Origin: Fonticula alba ATCC 38817
Lineage: Eukaryota > Protista > Nucleariida
Assembly (NCBI GenBank): GCA_000388065.2
Contig: KB932205.1
Direction: 5' to 3' (one strand)
Length of the DNA: 64,000 nucleotides
A model generated the notes under the pieces. The model had not been told where the DNA came from. It did no database searches and saw nothing but the letters and a program-made list of their open reading frames with translations. Both the position numbers and the translations under genes were made by a program. How positions within the stretch are numbered: position 1 is the stretch's first letter; each line of letters opens with the position of its first letter. Shown here in pieces: positions 1 to 11,689 of this stretch.

Positions 1-1
1 C

Positions 2-121
2 GTCCACCACTTCCCCGGCAACAACATCGAGCTCGGTACCGCTTGCGGTAAGTTCTTCCGCGTCTCCGTCATGTCCATCACCGACGCCGGCGACTCCGAC
101 ATCATCCCCAGCTCCAACTAA
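2..121 (+). CDS. RPL30: 60S ribosomal protein L30 (eL30), 3' end only
   Basis: Frame from position 2 reads [39 protein letters not shown], matching the conserved eL30 C-terminus ([18 protein letters not shown]....I.D.GDSDII). Strong codon bias. Truncated by the window start. Confidence 0.95.
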   Translation, partial: VHHFPGNNIELGTACGKFFRVSVMSITDAGDSDIIPSSN

Positions 122-1355
122 GCGCGTGCTCCTCTCTGTGTCACGCCTTGTGCTGTGCCATGGTGACGCTGCTTCCTTGAGTGTGTGAGCCGGCGCCCCC
201 CCCCCCTTCCTCCCTCCCCGCTTCTCCCTCTCCTTCCTTCCTTCCGGCAACGGTCGGTGTCGGGGAGAGAGTCGCGCCTGTGGGAGGAGTGGAGTCCCCT
301 CTCTCTCTCTCTCCCCCTTCTCTCGGGGTAGGGTGTGAATGGGGCGTCTGTGTTCCCCTTGGTGTGCATGCATCTCCCTCGCGCATGTGGCGCTTCTTTT
401 TCCCCCCTGCCTGTGTGTCCACGCATGCAGAAAAATAAAAAAAACGCCGCGCGCGATGCCTCACCCCCCTTCCGCATATTATTCTATCCCACTCTTTTTG
501 CTCTCTCCTCTCCTCCGGTCGTGACTTTTGGGGGAGACACTGTAACGTGTGGCATCACATGTTGCAAGTCAGATTCAGGAGTATGTGTAGGCTTCATCCC
601 TGCAATGTATTCCCATATCTTGCGCCTCAGTCTGCGGATTCGCTCCTTATGATATACCAAATCCGCCTCTCTCTCCTCGGTCATACACGGTCTCTGGGAT
701 CACCCCCTCATCTTTGACCTCGGCCCACAGCCAGTTCAGACACACTCCCTCGTGTGCGCATGCTGCGCGCGCGGTCCTTCCCGCATTTTTTCTGCCGCGC
801 ACGCGCCGGGCCCGCCACTCTCTCCCGGGAGGGGCGGTCTGTGTGGGGGGGGGGGCACGCATATTGGTGCGAACGTCGCCGGTCGCATGGGGGGGGGGGG
901 GGGGGCGGGGGCCGGGAGCGACGTCGGGGGGGCGCGCCCTCGGGGTCCGGAGGAGAGCGGGGCATGGCTCAGGTTCTGTTTCTTCAGCGTATATCGCGTG
1001 ATTCGGATATAACGACTTTATGAACCATTCCTCTTGGTCTCACAGTGCCGCACGGTGCGCGCGGAGGGGCCTTCGCACCCACCAAATCGTGCGAGATCTG
1101 CCCGAACGTGCCTGGGATGTCTCTCCCCCGCCGCTTTTGCCGCGGAAGGCGTGCTTTTTTTTTCTGCCCCCATGCCCTTCGCGGAGACATGGCCAGCAAG
1201 GAAAATGCCTCCCCTTTCCCCTCTTCCTCCTCCTTCTCCTCTTCCTCCTCCATCCTGGCCCGGGTCGGCTCCCGACGCACCTCCGCGGGCACACGGCCAT
1301 ACACCCACGCCCACACCCACACCCACACCCACATCCCCTTGTCCGCACATCCAGC

Positions 1356-2689
1356 ATGCCCCCCGATGACGCCTCAATGTCACGGCGAACGCTCGAGTGT
1401 GACCGCCCCACCCTGGACCGCTTTTTCGAGGCCCTCCACCAGGCGGCCCTGGGGCATTTGGATGACTTTCTGAAGGCCTCGGCGGATCCGGCACGCCCCG
1501 GGGGCGCTGGTGCCCCTGCCACGGGCACCGGGCTCCCGCCGGGAGCCGGGCGTCGCGGCGCAGCCACCACCGCCTCAGCCGCCCGGCGCCAGCGCCTCCT
1601 GGAATCGGCCACCAGCCGGCACTTGGCACGCGCCGTCCGTGCCGGGACCCTGCCGATGCTCCGGCTGGAGGGATCGGCCACGGATCCGGACGGCTCGGCC
1701 GTGGCCGGGGCCTACCAATTGCCGGAGTGCTTTGCTCCGGTGGTCGGGCCGCGTGCGACGGGCGCCGCCCTGGCCGAGGGCGAGGCCGCGGCCACCGCCG
1801 GTGCCCTTGCTGCCGGTGCGACGAATGTGTCGACCGGAGCGGCGGCCGCCGACGCGCCGGGCTCCGGTCCCGCGGCCTTGCTGCCGGAGGAGCCGTTCGA
1901 CACGTCGGCTCTGGCCCGGCTGACCATGGCCCAGAACACCTGGCGCGCGCTGGTGGCTGATATTGCCCCGCGGCGGTCGGCGCGCCTGAGCGACATCGAC
2001 TCGCGCTTGAAGCTGGCTTTGGGTCGAGCGCGGAACTTCGGCCTGCCATTGCCGCTGGCCGCGGCCTCGGGGCCTGGTGGGGCGAGTCCACTGCTGCTGG
2101 GGCAGTGGCTGGCCGCCAGTCACAGCCGACTGGGCCACGCCGAGAGGCGCCTGGCCAGGGCGCGGGCTCGCGTATGTGCGGCCAAGCGTGCGGCGTTCAT
2201 CCGCCGCCTGGGTGCCGAGCGTGCTGCCTTTTCGACGCTGAGTGCGTTGCCTTGCTCTTGCACTCCTCTTGCCTTGATGTCCACCCGCCGCGCTACTCGC
2301 TCCTGAGGGGCCTTTTTTGCCCTCCTCGGTGTCCCTCGGCCCCCGAGCAGAGTGGGATCCGCCATTGGCATGGGTTACTGACATTTGTGCGCCCCTTAGA
2401 CGAGGGTGAGCTCCTGAAATTGGCCGAGTCCTCGGCGACCACACTGCATGAACTCAAAACGGTGCGTGCAATGGCCTCGGCCTGATCTGTAGCCACAGGA
2501 TGAGGGAGGAGCAGCGGGGGGCGAGGAGCAGTAAACACCCGACGCCAGGCGCACAAGGGCGCAGGCGTGTGTGTGTGTGTGTATCGCTGGCTAACTGTCC
2601 AGGGGTGCTTCCTCCTTTTTCGTGCGCAGTCCCTGCCGGAAATCAATCAACATCTACAGGACACCATCCAGGTGCTGAGCAGCGGCAGC

Positions 2690-2720
<31 letters not shown>

Positions 2721-2782
2721 GGGGCGATCGGCCTGCGGCGCCGACTGGCGCGGCGTCCCATGATCACGGGGGGATATTGTAA
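1356..2782 (+). CDS. Hypothetical protein, possibly kinetochore Nsl1/Mis14-like (about 3 exons)
   Basis: Coding-like exon MPPDDASMSRRTLECDRPTLDRFFEALHQAALGHLDDFL...EEPFDTSALARLTMAQNTWRALVADIAPRR, followed by exons SGIRHWHGLLTFVRPLDEGELLKLAESSATTLHELKT (GTGCGT donor) and SLPEINQHLQDTIQ...GIL*. The EPFD + helix pattern recalls Mis14/Nsl1. Exon 1 end is uncertain. Confidence 0.45.
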
Positions 2783-5532
2783 TGCGGGAGGAAACGCAAA
2801 TCACATGTGGTCCCAATGGATTGATCTGTCTGGTTCCGCCTCGGGCAGACGGTGGAGGGGCGGGAGGGGGGGGGGGGGGGCGGGGGTGGTCATCAGCACG
2901 CACTGCTATTTGCTCCTGCTGGTCTTGGTTCTTCCCCTTTTCGCCCACCTCACCTTGGTGATGCGCGCACGGGCGAAAGAAAAAAGAAAAAAGAAAGGCA
3001 CCCTGGGCCACCTGGCGCTGTGAGGCGGGGGGGGGGGGGGGGCTCTGGGGGCCATTTTTCGCATGGGAAGGCCGTGTCCGCGCGTGTGCCCCGTGGCGCG
3101 GGTGGTCGGTGGCATCTGGCCCCCTGGGCAGGCGGCCTATCGACTTCTGGAATATTCCTCGACTTGAGGCGAGAGTGATGCATTCGTCCTTTCTCCGGGG
3201 GGGGGAGGGGAGGGGCCCGGCCCACCGTCCAGCGGCGGCCAGGCACGCGGGCAATAGGCGCCGGTCGGGGCCGCGGTTGGCAGGGCCAGGGCGCGCGGGC
3301 GCCGCCTCTTGGTTTCATCAAAAAATGGCATCATTGGAGGGGGGGGGGGGGGGGGGGGGGAGGCGGGACGAGAGAGGGGACAGGACAATCCTCCGGCCGG
3401 ATCGGGGAATTTGGTCAGGACTGATAGCCGAAGATTCGAAGGTGCCAGAAGTCCTTCGATTGGTGGGGTTAGGTCAGGGTACTCCTCGTGGGTGTGGCCC
3501 GACGGCAGCCGCTGGTAAACCCTAGCTTGGTCGCCGGCGGCGGAGGAACGGACGGCGGAGGCGGGGAGTACGACCGCAAGCGGCCCTGAGTATGGCCCTC
3601 TACCTTCCTCCCCTCCGCCCGGACCTGCAGGGGGGACGGGGGGAACCAATGTTTGTGCGGCGTTGGGCGGCTGTTTGGCTGGGCGGTGTGCCCTCATGAA
3701 AGTCCGTCGACCTTCACTTGTAGGGGCGTGCGCGCCTGTGAAGACCCGAGGCATGCGGCGCCTCGTGCGTGCCCGGCCCATTGCCCCCCTCCCCGGAGAG
3801 GCGCGCGACCGACCCTCTCGGCTGGTGTGTGCATTTGGATGCCGAGGTGTCAATGTTGCCATGATGGGCGTCTCCCGCGGCCCGGGCGCGGCAGCAGGGG
3901 GGGGGAGGGGGGGGGGCGACGGGGCCGGGGCACCCTCGGTGCCGGCGCACACCGCCGAGCGGCGGGAAAACCACCCCCCCCCCCCCCCCCGCGAAGAAGA
4001 GACGCTCGAGCGCCGTTCGTACTGTCCACCTCCGCGGGCACTCCGTCCGGGGCGACTGCCGCCTGTCCGCGCACGGACGCCGACGTGCGCGCACATGCGT
4101 GCACCCCCCCTCCGCCTGCTGGAGAGAGGACGTAGAGAGAAGGCCATGCTGTCGTGAGAAAGTGCCGCCTTCGGCGCGCTGGCAGTGCGCGCTTTAGAGC
4201 GGGAGCCGGCAGCATGGCCGGCGGTAGCCGGTTCCCGGGAGAAGGGGGGTCTTGGGTGGGGCGAACCCGCCCGGCCCACGCCGCCGGACGCGGGGCCCTT
4301 CTCCGCATGATGCGACTGGCTCCGCCCCCTCTGTGCGCGCGGAGAAGACGGCATGCTCGCGGTGGGACCAGCATGCATGGGGGTGCGTCCGGCGGCGCGC
4401 GGGCGGGGGGAGGTACCGACGCCACGAGGTGGGGCAGCGACGCGCGTGTGTCCCCGGCCCCCCCCCCCCCGCTCCGGGCCCCATAGCGACTAGAGAGGCG
4501 GGACAGGCGAGGCGGGACAGGAGAGATGGACATACTGGCCGTGTTGGCGCGGCAAGATGCCGCCGGCTCCGGGCGCCGGAGGGAGGGGGGCCGTAGGTGC
4601 AGACAATCATATAATGTCCCTTTTGCCGGGCTTTTCGCGAGCCGTCTAGTACGGACGGGTGCCTTCTCCAAGGCCCTCGCGCGCCCCCCGCTCCCCCCCC
4701 CCCCCCCCCCCCCCCGGAGCCCCCGCCAGGGGGGTGCGGAGAAGTCGCGCTCCCCCCTGCAGGCACTCGTGGCGACTCGAGGCTGCTAGAGACTTCCGTG
4801 GCACAGGGGCCGGTCGGGGGCTCGCAGGCTCTCGCGAATTCTAGCATGTGCACCAGGGCCCCAGGGCATATGTGTGTGCTTCTCTCTCTCTCTCTCTCTC
4901 CCTCCCTCTCCCCGCCGAACGAGCGCCGGGGCGCACGGCCCTGGCTGCGCAACACTTGCGCCTGCGGGCCTCCGCCCCCTGCTGCCGGCCTGTGTCATGT
5001 CCGCCGACGGCGCCCCTCCACTGTCGGGGGCAGAAGCCTCGGGGCGCGCGTGGGGGCCGCGGAGAGCAGGGCGCGGGGGAGGGGGGGCGCGGGCTCTCCG
5101 GGGTGCGCATGTGGTCGGGCGAAAGGCTCACGCGGCTGCATCTAACCCTCCGCGCTTTTAGAATGACCCAGAGCTTTCCTGCCCGCCCCTCCGGGAGGGA
5201 GCCAGGCCCGCGCGGCCCGGCCCGGCCTGGCGGCTGGGGCGGGGCCGGGGGGGCGCGGGGGGCCTGCGGGACAGCGGCAGCCACAGAGCGCAGGCCAACC
5301 TGCCTGCCCCTTACCAACCTGCGGTCCCTCTTCCCGGGCCCGGGCCTGGGGCGTCTCGTGTGTGTGTGCGCGTACATGCTGTGCCCTGCCAGTCATTGTG
5401 CCGGGACGCGCGCGCACGGGCGCCGATGCGTCTGTTGGGCAGCGTGGCCTCCCCACCCCGGCCGGACCATGGTGCTGCGGTCCCCGGGGCGGTGCCGTCG
5501 TGTTGGGCGCGCCCTCCCTCTCTTCCGCTCGT

Positions 5533-5564
<32 letters not shown>

Positions 5565-5733
5565 GGGCCTGGGTGCCTTCGGGTCGGCGTCAGCCTGTGC
5601 GCGAGCCCCCGCCCAGAGGGTGGGGCGGTACAGTGCGCCGGGACGGCTGTGCCCCCCCCCCCCGCCCCCCCGGGTCGGCAGTGCCGGCTTCTGGCCGTGG
5701 GGGGTAGCTGGGGTGTGTGCCGGGGCGGCGGCG

Positions 5734-5782
<49 letters not shown>

Positions 5783-5865
5783 CGTGTGCCGGGGTGTGCC
5801 GGGGCGGGGCGGCGGGCGGCCAGGCGGGCCCGGCGCAGGCGCGGTTCGCAGCAATGAATCGCGCA

Positions 5866-5876
5866 TATATATAAGA
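5866..5876 (+). promoter_or_regulatory. TATA box of Hsp70
   Basis: TATATATAAGA about 105 nt upstream of the Hsp70 ATG, in otherwise very GC-rich DNA. Confidence 0.7.
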
Positions 5877-5980
5877 CGGCCACCGGCTGGTGGCCGGTCC
5901 GAGGCCGCCCCAACCCAGCCTTGCTTAGTTTTGTTTCCCTTGACACTCCTAGCCTGTCTGCTCCCTCCCCCCCCTCCACC

Positions 5981-6398
5981 ATGACTTCCTCCGCTGTCGG
6001 TATCGATCTTGGCACCACCTACTCCTGCGTTGGTGTCTGGCAGAACGATCGTGTTGAGATCATTGCCAACGACCAGGGTAACCGCACCACCGCCTCGTAC
6101 GTCGCCTTCACCGACTCCGAGCGTCTCATCGGTGATGCCGCCCGCAACCAGGTCGCCATGAACCCGGAGAACACCGTCTTCGACGCCAAGCGCCTCATCG
6201 GTCGCAAGTTCTCCGACAAGGAGGTCCAGTCCGACATGAAGCACTGGCCCTTCAAGGTCATCGACAAGGACACCAAGCCCATCATCCAGGTCGAGTTCCG
6301 CGGTGAGGTCACCACCTTCACCCCGGAGGAGATCTCCTCCATGATTCTGGTCAAGATGAAGGAGACCGCCGAGTCCTACCTCGGTCGCGCCGTCACCG

Positions 6399-6433
<35 letters not shown>

Positions 6434-7918
6434 GCCCAGCGCCAGGCCACCAAGGATGCCGGTGCCATCGCTGGCCTGAACGTCCTGCGTATCATCAACG
6501 AGCCCACCGCCGCCGCCATTGCCTACGGTCTCGACAAGAAGGGCGAGGGCGAGATGAACGTCCTGATCTTCGATCTCGGTGGTGGTACCTTCGATGTGTC
6601 CCTCCTGACCATCGACGACGGTATCTTCGAGGTCAAGGCCACCGCTGGTGACACTCACCTCGGTGGTGAGGACTTCGACAACCGCCTGGTTGCCCACTTC
6701 CTGGATGAGTTCCGCCGCAAGCACAAGAAGGACCTGTCCGGCAACGCCCGTGCCCTGCGCCGTCTGCGCACCGCCTGCGAGCGTGCCAAGCGCGCCCTCT
6801 CTGCCTCTGCCCAGGCCTCCATCGAGATTGACTCTCTCTTCGAGGGTGTCGACTTCTACACCAACATCACCCGTGCCCGCTTCGAGGAGCTCTGCTCGGA
6901 CCTCTTCCGTGGCACCCTGTCCCCGGTTGAGCGCGTCCTGTCCGACTCCAAGATGGACAAGTCCAAGGTCGATGAGATCGTCCTGGTCGGTGGTTCCACT
7001 CGTATTCCCCGTGTCCAGAAGCTCGTGTCCGACTTCTTCGGCGGCAAGGAGCCCTGCAAGTCCATCAACCCCGATGAGGCCGTCGCCTATGGTGCCGCCG
7101 TCCAGGCCGCCATTCTGACCGGTGTCACCTCCGAGAAGACCAAGGACCTGCTCCTGCTCGATGTTGTCCCCCTGTCTCTGGGTCTGGAGACCGCCGGTGG
7201 CCTGATGACCACCCTGATCAAGCGCAACACCACCATCCCCACCAAGAAGACCGAGGTCTTCTCCACCTACTCCGACAACCAGACCGGTGTCCTGATCCAG
7301 GTGTACGAGGGTGAGCGCTCTCACACCGTCCACAACAACCTCCTCGGCAAGTTCGAGCTCGGCAACATCCCCCCCGCCCCCCGTGGTGTTCCCCAGATTG
7401 AGGTTTCCTTCGACATCGACTCCAACGGTATCCTGAACGTCTCCGCCGTCGACAAGTCCACCGGCCACTCCAACAAGATCACCATCACCAACGACAAGGG
7501 CCGCCTGTCCAAGGAGGAGATCGAGCGCATGATTGCCGACGCCGAGAAGTACGCCAAGGAGGACGAGATCGCCCGCGAGCGCGTCCAGGCCAAGAACGAC
7601 CTCGAGACCTTCGCCTACAACTTCCGCACCACCCTGTCCGACGACAACATCAAGGGCAAGCTCTCTGCCGAGGATGTTGCCTCCATCGAGAAGGCCGTCG
7701 ACGAGACCATCGCCTGGCTCGACAACAACCAGGAGGCCGACAAGGAGGAGTACATCCACAAGCAGAAGGAGCTTGAGGCCATCACCAACCCCATCATGAC
7801 CCGCCTGTACCAGTCCGCTGGTGGCGCTCCCGGTGGTGCTGGCTTCCCTGGTGGCTTCCCCGGCGCCGGTGCCGCTGGCGGCGACGCCTCCGGCCCCTCC
7901 GTCGAGGAGGTCGACTAA
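5981..7918 (+). CDS. HSP70: Cytosolic Hsp70 (Hsc70/SSA type), intronless
   Basis: [25 protein letters not shown] and [10 protein letters not shown] motifs, GGFP-type tail and terminal EEVD. The ATG at 5981 (ccaccATG) is preferred over the TTG start of the ORF track. Extreme codon bias. Confidence 0.98.
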
Positions 7919-8870
7919 GTAGTCGATCCACGACGCCGCGTGTGATGCCGTGTGCTCCCCCTCCCCCTCTTCCTCCCCCTCTCCCGCGCGCGCGCGCGCG
8001 CACCCCATGTGCATGGGGGCTGATCCCTCGGATTTCCCCCCTTCTCTCTACCCCCCGAGGCCCAGCGGCGGGGGGGGGGCGGTGGTGGTGGGAGCGGCGC
8101 GGAGCGCAGGGTGGTCCGGCCGGGCCCTGGCAAGTGGCCCCCTTCCCCTTCCTCCGATGCCGCCGCCGCGCCATGTGCTCACATTCGGTGTCCTCTCTCT
8201 CCCCCTCTCCCTGCACGCATCTTTCCTGTGTGTGGGGAGGGGCGGCCCCCCCCTCCACTTGTCAACCCCCCTCCTATCCTTGTAATAAATCTTTACAAAA
8301 TTTCCTCCTTGTGTCTTTCTCCGGTTTCCTGTGTGTGTGTGTGCGCGAGGGAAGCCGATGGGGCTGCTGTCGTGCTTGCGCTGGCAGGGTGTTATGGGCG
8401 GGGGGAGGAGGGGCGCCCGTGTGTGCTCGTGTCACTCCCGCCTGGGTCGCGTGTTTTTCCGATCCCCTTCGTCTGTGCGCGGCAGAGAGAGGGGCAAAAG
8501 CCGGCGAGACATGCCGAGTGCATTTGTTGCATGTGTGTGACGCTCATTTGTCGATACTTCTCTCTCTCGCTCGCTGGGGTGGGGGGGGGGATGCATGCGG
8601 GTGCTGGGCTCGGCCCTCTTTACTGTCATTTCTCTCCCCAGACACCGGGGGAGTTGTTCCCACTTCCGCCATGGGGACGGGGCGGGGGGACGCACATGTG
8701 GGGCCTGATGGGAAAGACGCAGGAGACTGGCCCAGAGCCCGGCGACCCCCCCCCCAGCCCACTTTTCTCCTCACAAGAAAGATCGGCAGGGGCGCATGGT
8801 CGGCGTGGTGGGACAATGCCCGCAGCACCCCTGTCTGGGACTTACGTGTGCATGGTTCTTCGTGTGTGTG

Positions 8871-8902
<32 letters not shown>

Positions 8903-9867
8903 GGTGGATGGGTGGACGGGTGGATGGGTGCGAGTGTGGCCTTCCTGTGTCCTCGGGATCGAGCCATGCATCCCTGAAGGCGCATTCCCCCAGCGGCTTG
9001 CTGAGTGCTCATTGCCGGCCCGCTGGCTAGATCACCGGTGGGATATGCCGGCCCTCGTGGCGCATCTCCCCCTTGGCAATGTCGAGAGGAATACAGCCGC
9101 ACATCGGATCACAAGGGACCGGGGGGAAGTATATGTATATGTATTTATAGATTAGGAGTGGGGGCATGGTGGCCACGCACGAGGAAGAGGAGGAGGGGGG
9201 AAGGGGCAGGGGGAGAGGGGAAGAGGGGGAGGGGGAGAGAGGAAGGAAGGGGCGGCATGGGAGGCCGGGGCCCGACGGAAGGACTGAAGGGGGATGTGTG
9301 GGGATGTGTGGTTTGTGTGGCCGATCGGGCGGGACGACAGCAGGGAGGGGGTGGGGGAGTTACGAAGTCGGGGGACTGAGGGGGGGAGGAATGTCGACAA
9401 GGAGAAATGGGGGAAGGGGGAAACGGGGCACACGACGTGTGGGCACGTGAATACCAACACAGAGGAGGGAGAGAGAGAGAGAGAGAGGGAGATAGAGAGC
9501 ATGCACGCATGCGTGTGTATGTGTGTGTGTTCTTCTCAGGGCCGAGGGTGTGCCCTGTTGCTGCACCAGAGCCGCCGCGCTTCTCCCCCCCCCCCATGAT
9601 AGAGGCAATACGAGCCGAAGGGGGCAGCAGAGGGGAGAATGCGGCCGCCTCAGCAGAGGAGAACACACAGGGGGGAAGGTGTTGGCATGTAGAGACGGAG
9701 TTTGGAGAGGGGCCGAGGGGGAGGGGGGCGGGTATGTCGCCCACCCGCGCGCTGCAGCCCCCCCAGTGGTCGCGTTGGCGCGCCCCTCGCCCTCTGTGCA
9801 GAGAGAGAGAGAGAGAGCGGGCGGACAGCAAAAAGGAAAAGAAAAAGGGCAGGCCCCTCCCGCCCGC

Positions 9868-11689
9868 TCACCGGAGGAAGCAGCTGAAGGGGTTCATCCA
9901 GCGACTGGAGCTGTTCTGATTGGAGCCCGGGCGGCGGCTTTCTCCGGTGGGCGAGGAGCTGTTGCCCTGGGGGCTGGAGGAGGGCGAGCCGGACTTGTTC
10001 CCGGCCCCGGGGTAGACATTGGACCCGGCCTGCGAGGCGGCCCGCGGGTCGGCCGACCCCTGGCGCGACTGGTACGCGGCATTGTTGGACCCGCTGCTGG
10101 GGTCCTCGCCGAGGTGCGCGCGACTGCCGGGCAGCACCGCCGTCGAGGAGGAGGTCTGGTGCGGCGGGACCCCGGGATGGGGGGAGTTGCGGTCCGGCCG
10201 CGGCGCGCCGCGCGCCGTCGTCTGCCAATCGTACACCTGGTCGTCGACCAGATGCTCCTTCTTGAGAACCTGGTTGAAGAGCTTCAGCAGGTAGTCGTAG
10301 TCGGGGGTTTCGTCGAACTTGAGATTGCGCGCGTAGCCCAAATACTTGGCGAACTCCTCCGGGTACCCGGCGCACAGGTCGTTCACGCGGATCTCGCGCT
10401 TCTTCTCGCCGATCTTATCATACTTCTGCTTGTTGGTCTGCGCCTTGAGCCCCTGCCAGGGAAGGGCACCGCGGAGGAAGTACATAAAAACGTGTCCCAA
10501 TGCCTCGAGGTCGTCGCGGCGGGATTGTTCTGCAGCGGGTGGTGTGCGTGTGATGTGTCAGTCCAGATGTATGCATGCATGCATATATGTATATGTATAT
10601 ATGTGCGTGTCCCTGTGTAAGAGCCGATGCGCCTCTCCGTTCTGATTGCCCCCATTGCCCCTCCCCCGTGCATGGGAGAGAGAAAGAGAAAGGAAGGAGA
10701 GAGAGGGCGAGCGAGCGAGAAAGGGCATGTACGTACCGCGGCCAATATGCGTGTTGATACACATGTAGCGCGCGGTGCCGGAGAGGGACTTCTTTTCCCG
10801 GTAGGGGATGTGCTGCCCGGTGTGCGGGTCGCGGTAGTACTTGGCCATGCCAAAGTCGATCAGGTACACGGTGGTCCCCTCCTGGGAGGAGTTCCGGCCA
10901 ATCAGGAAGTTGTCCGGCTTGATGTCCCGGTAGATGAGGCCGCGCTCGTGACAGGCACGGACACGGGTGAGCTATGAGCGGGGGAGAGGGGGGGGGGGGC
11001 AAAAGCCGGTTAGCTGGCCGGCCAGGCTACGCCATGGGGGGATGGGAGAGCGGCCTGTGGATGGGCGCGCGCGCGTACCATCTGCTTGGCCAGCATGCAG
11101 ACAGTCTTGACGGAGAAGGTCCGGCTGCACACTTCGAAGAGGTCCTCCAGGCTGGGACCGAGCAGCTCGATGACAAGGACATTGAAGCTTGACTCGACAC
11201 CGAAGTAGAAAACACGAGGAATGCCAGCTACAGGTTGCGAGAGGCAAGGGCCGGGGGCAGTGTGTGTATGTGTGAGCGCGCGCGTGTGGAAAAGTCAGCG
11301 TCGATGCATGTGTGTGGGCGGGGAGAGGGCGAGGAAAGGGACGGGAGATTCAGGAAGGGAACAAAGCCGCAGACGCACGGGAGCCCTGGAGAATCTGGTA
11401 AGCGCGGTACTCATCGCGCAGCTGCGGGGCCTCGCTCTTGCGCGACTCCTGCAGGATGGGGAGGCGAGGGTGAGCACCATTCGTCAGTCCCGGTGGTGGC
11501 CGAAAGGGAAAGGGGGAAAGACAGAGCCAGGAGAGAGAGAGAGAGAGAGGGTCACACGGAACGCACAAACTTCACGGCGACCTTGGTCTCCGGGTTCGAC
11601 AGCGAGGTACCCTCATGGATGATGCCGAAGCTGCCCTCGCCGATCTTCTTGCCAACGCGGAACTTTTCCCCGACAGTGGTGACCATCAT
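9868..11689 (-). CDS. CK1: Casein kinase I (CK1gamma/Yck/Cki-like), multi-exon
   Basis: Spliced exons give [107 protein letters not shown] and DETPDYDYL. The APQLRDEY motif is typical of the CK1gamma/Yck clade. Confidence 0.95.

Noticed and set aside
647-700. RGERGGFG resembling dUTPase motif 5
   Set aside because: None of the other four dUTPase motifs is present.
970-1140. In-frame TGA between coding-looking peptides (possible selenocysteine or readthrough)
   Set aside because: No redox motif context and no recognisable SECIS; TGA is simply the commonest stop in GC-rich DNA.
4784-4796. Heat-shock element upstream of Hsp70 (TGCtaGAGacTTC)
   Set aside because: Two mismatches and more than 1 kb from the TATA box. 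No perfect nGAAnnTTCn array was found near the promoter.
5142-5149. CTAACCCT (and TAAACCCTA near 3516) as a telomerase RNA template
   Set aside because: An 8-9-mer is expected by chance in 64 kb, and no pseudoknot or other supporting element was seen.
5393-8014. 873-aa minus-strand ORF
   Set aside because: Antisense shadow of the codon-biased Hsp70 CDS. The same applies to 55764-57764 (+) and 31645-33924 (-).
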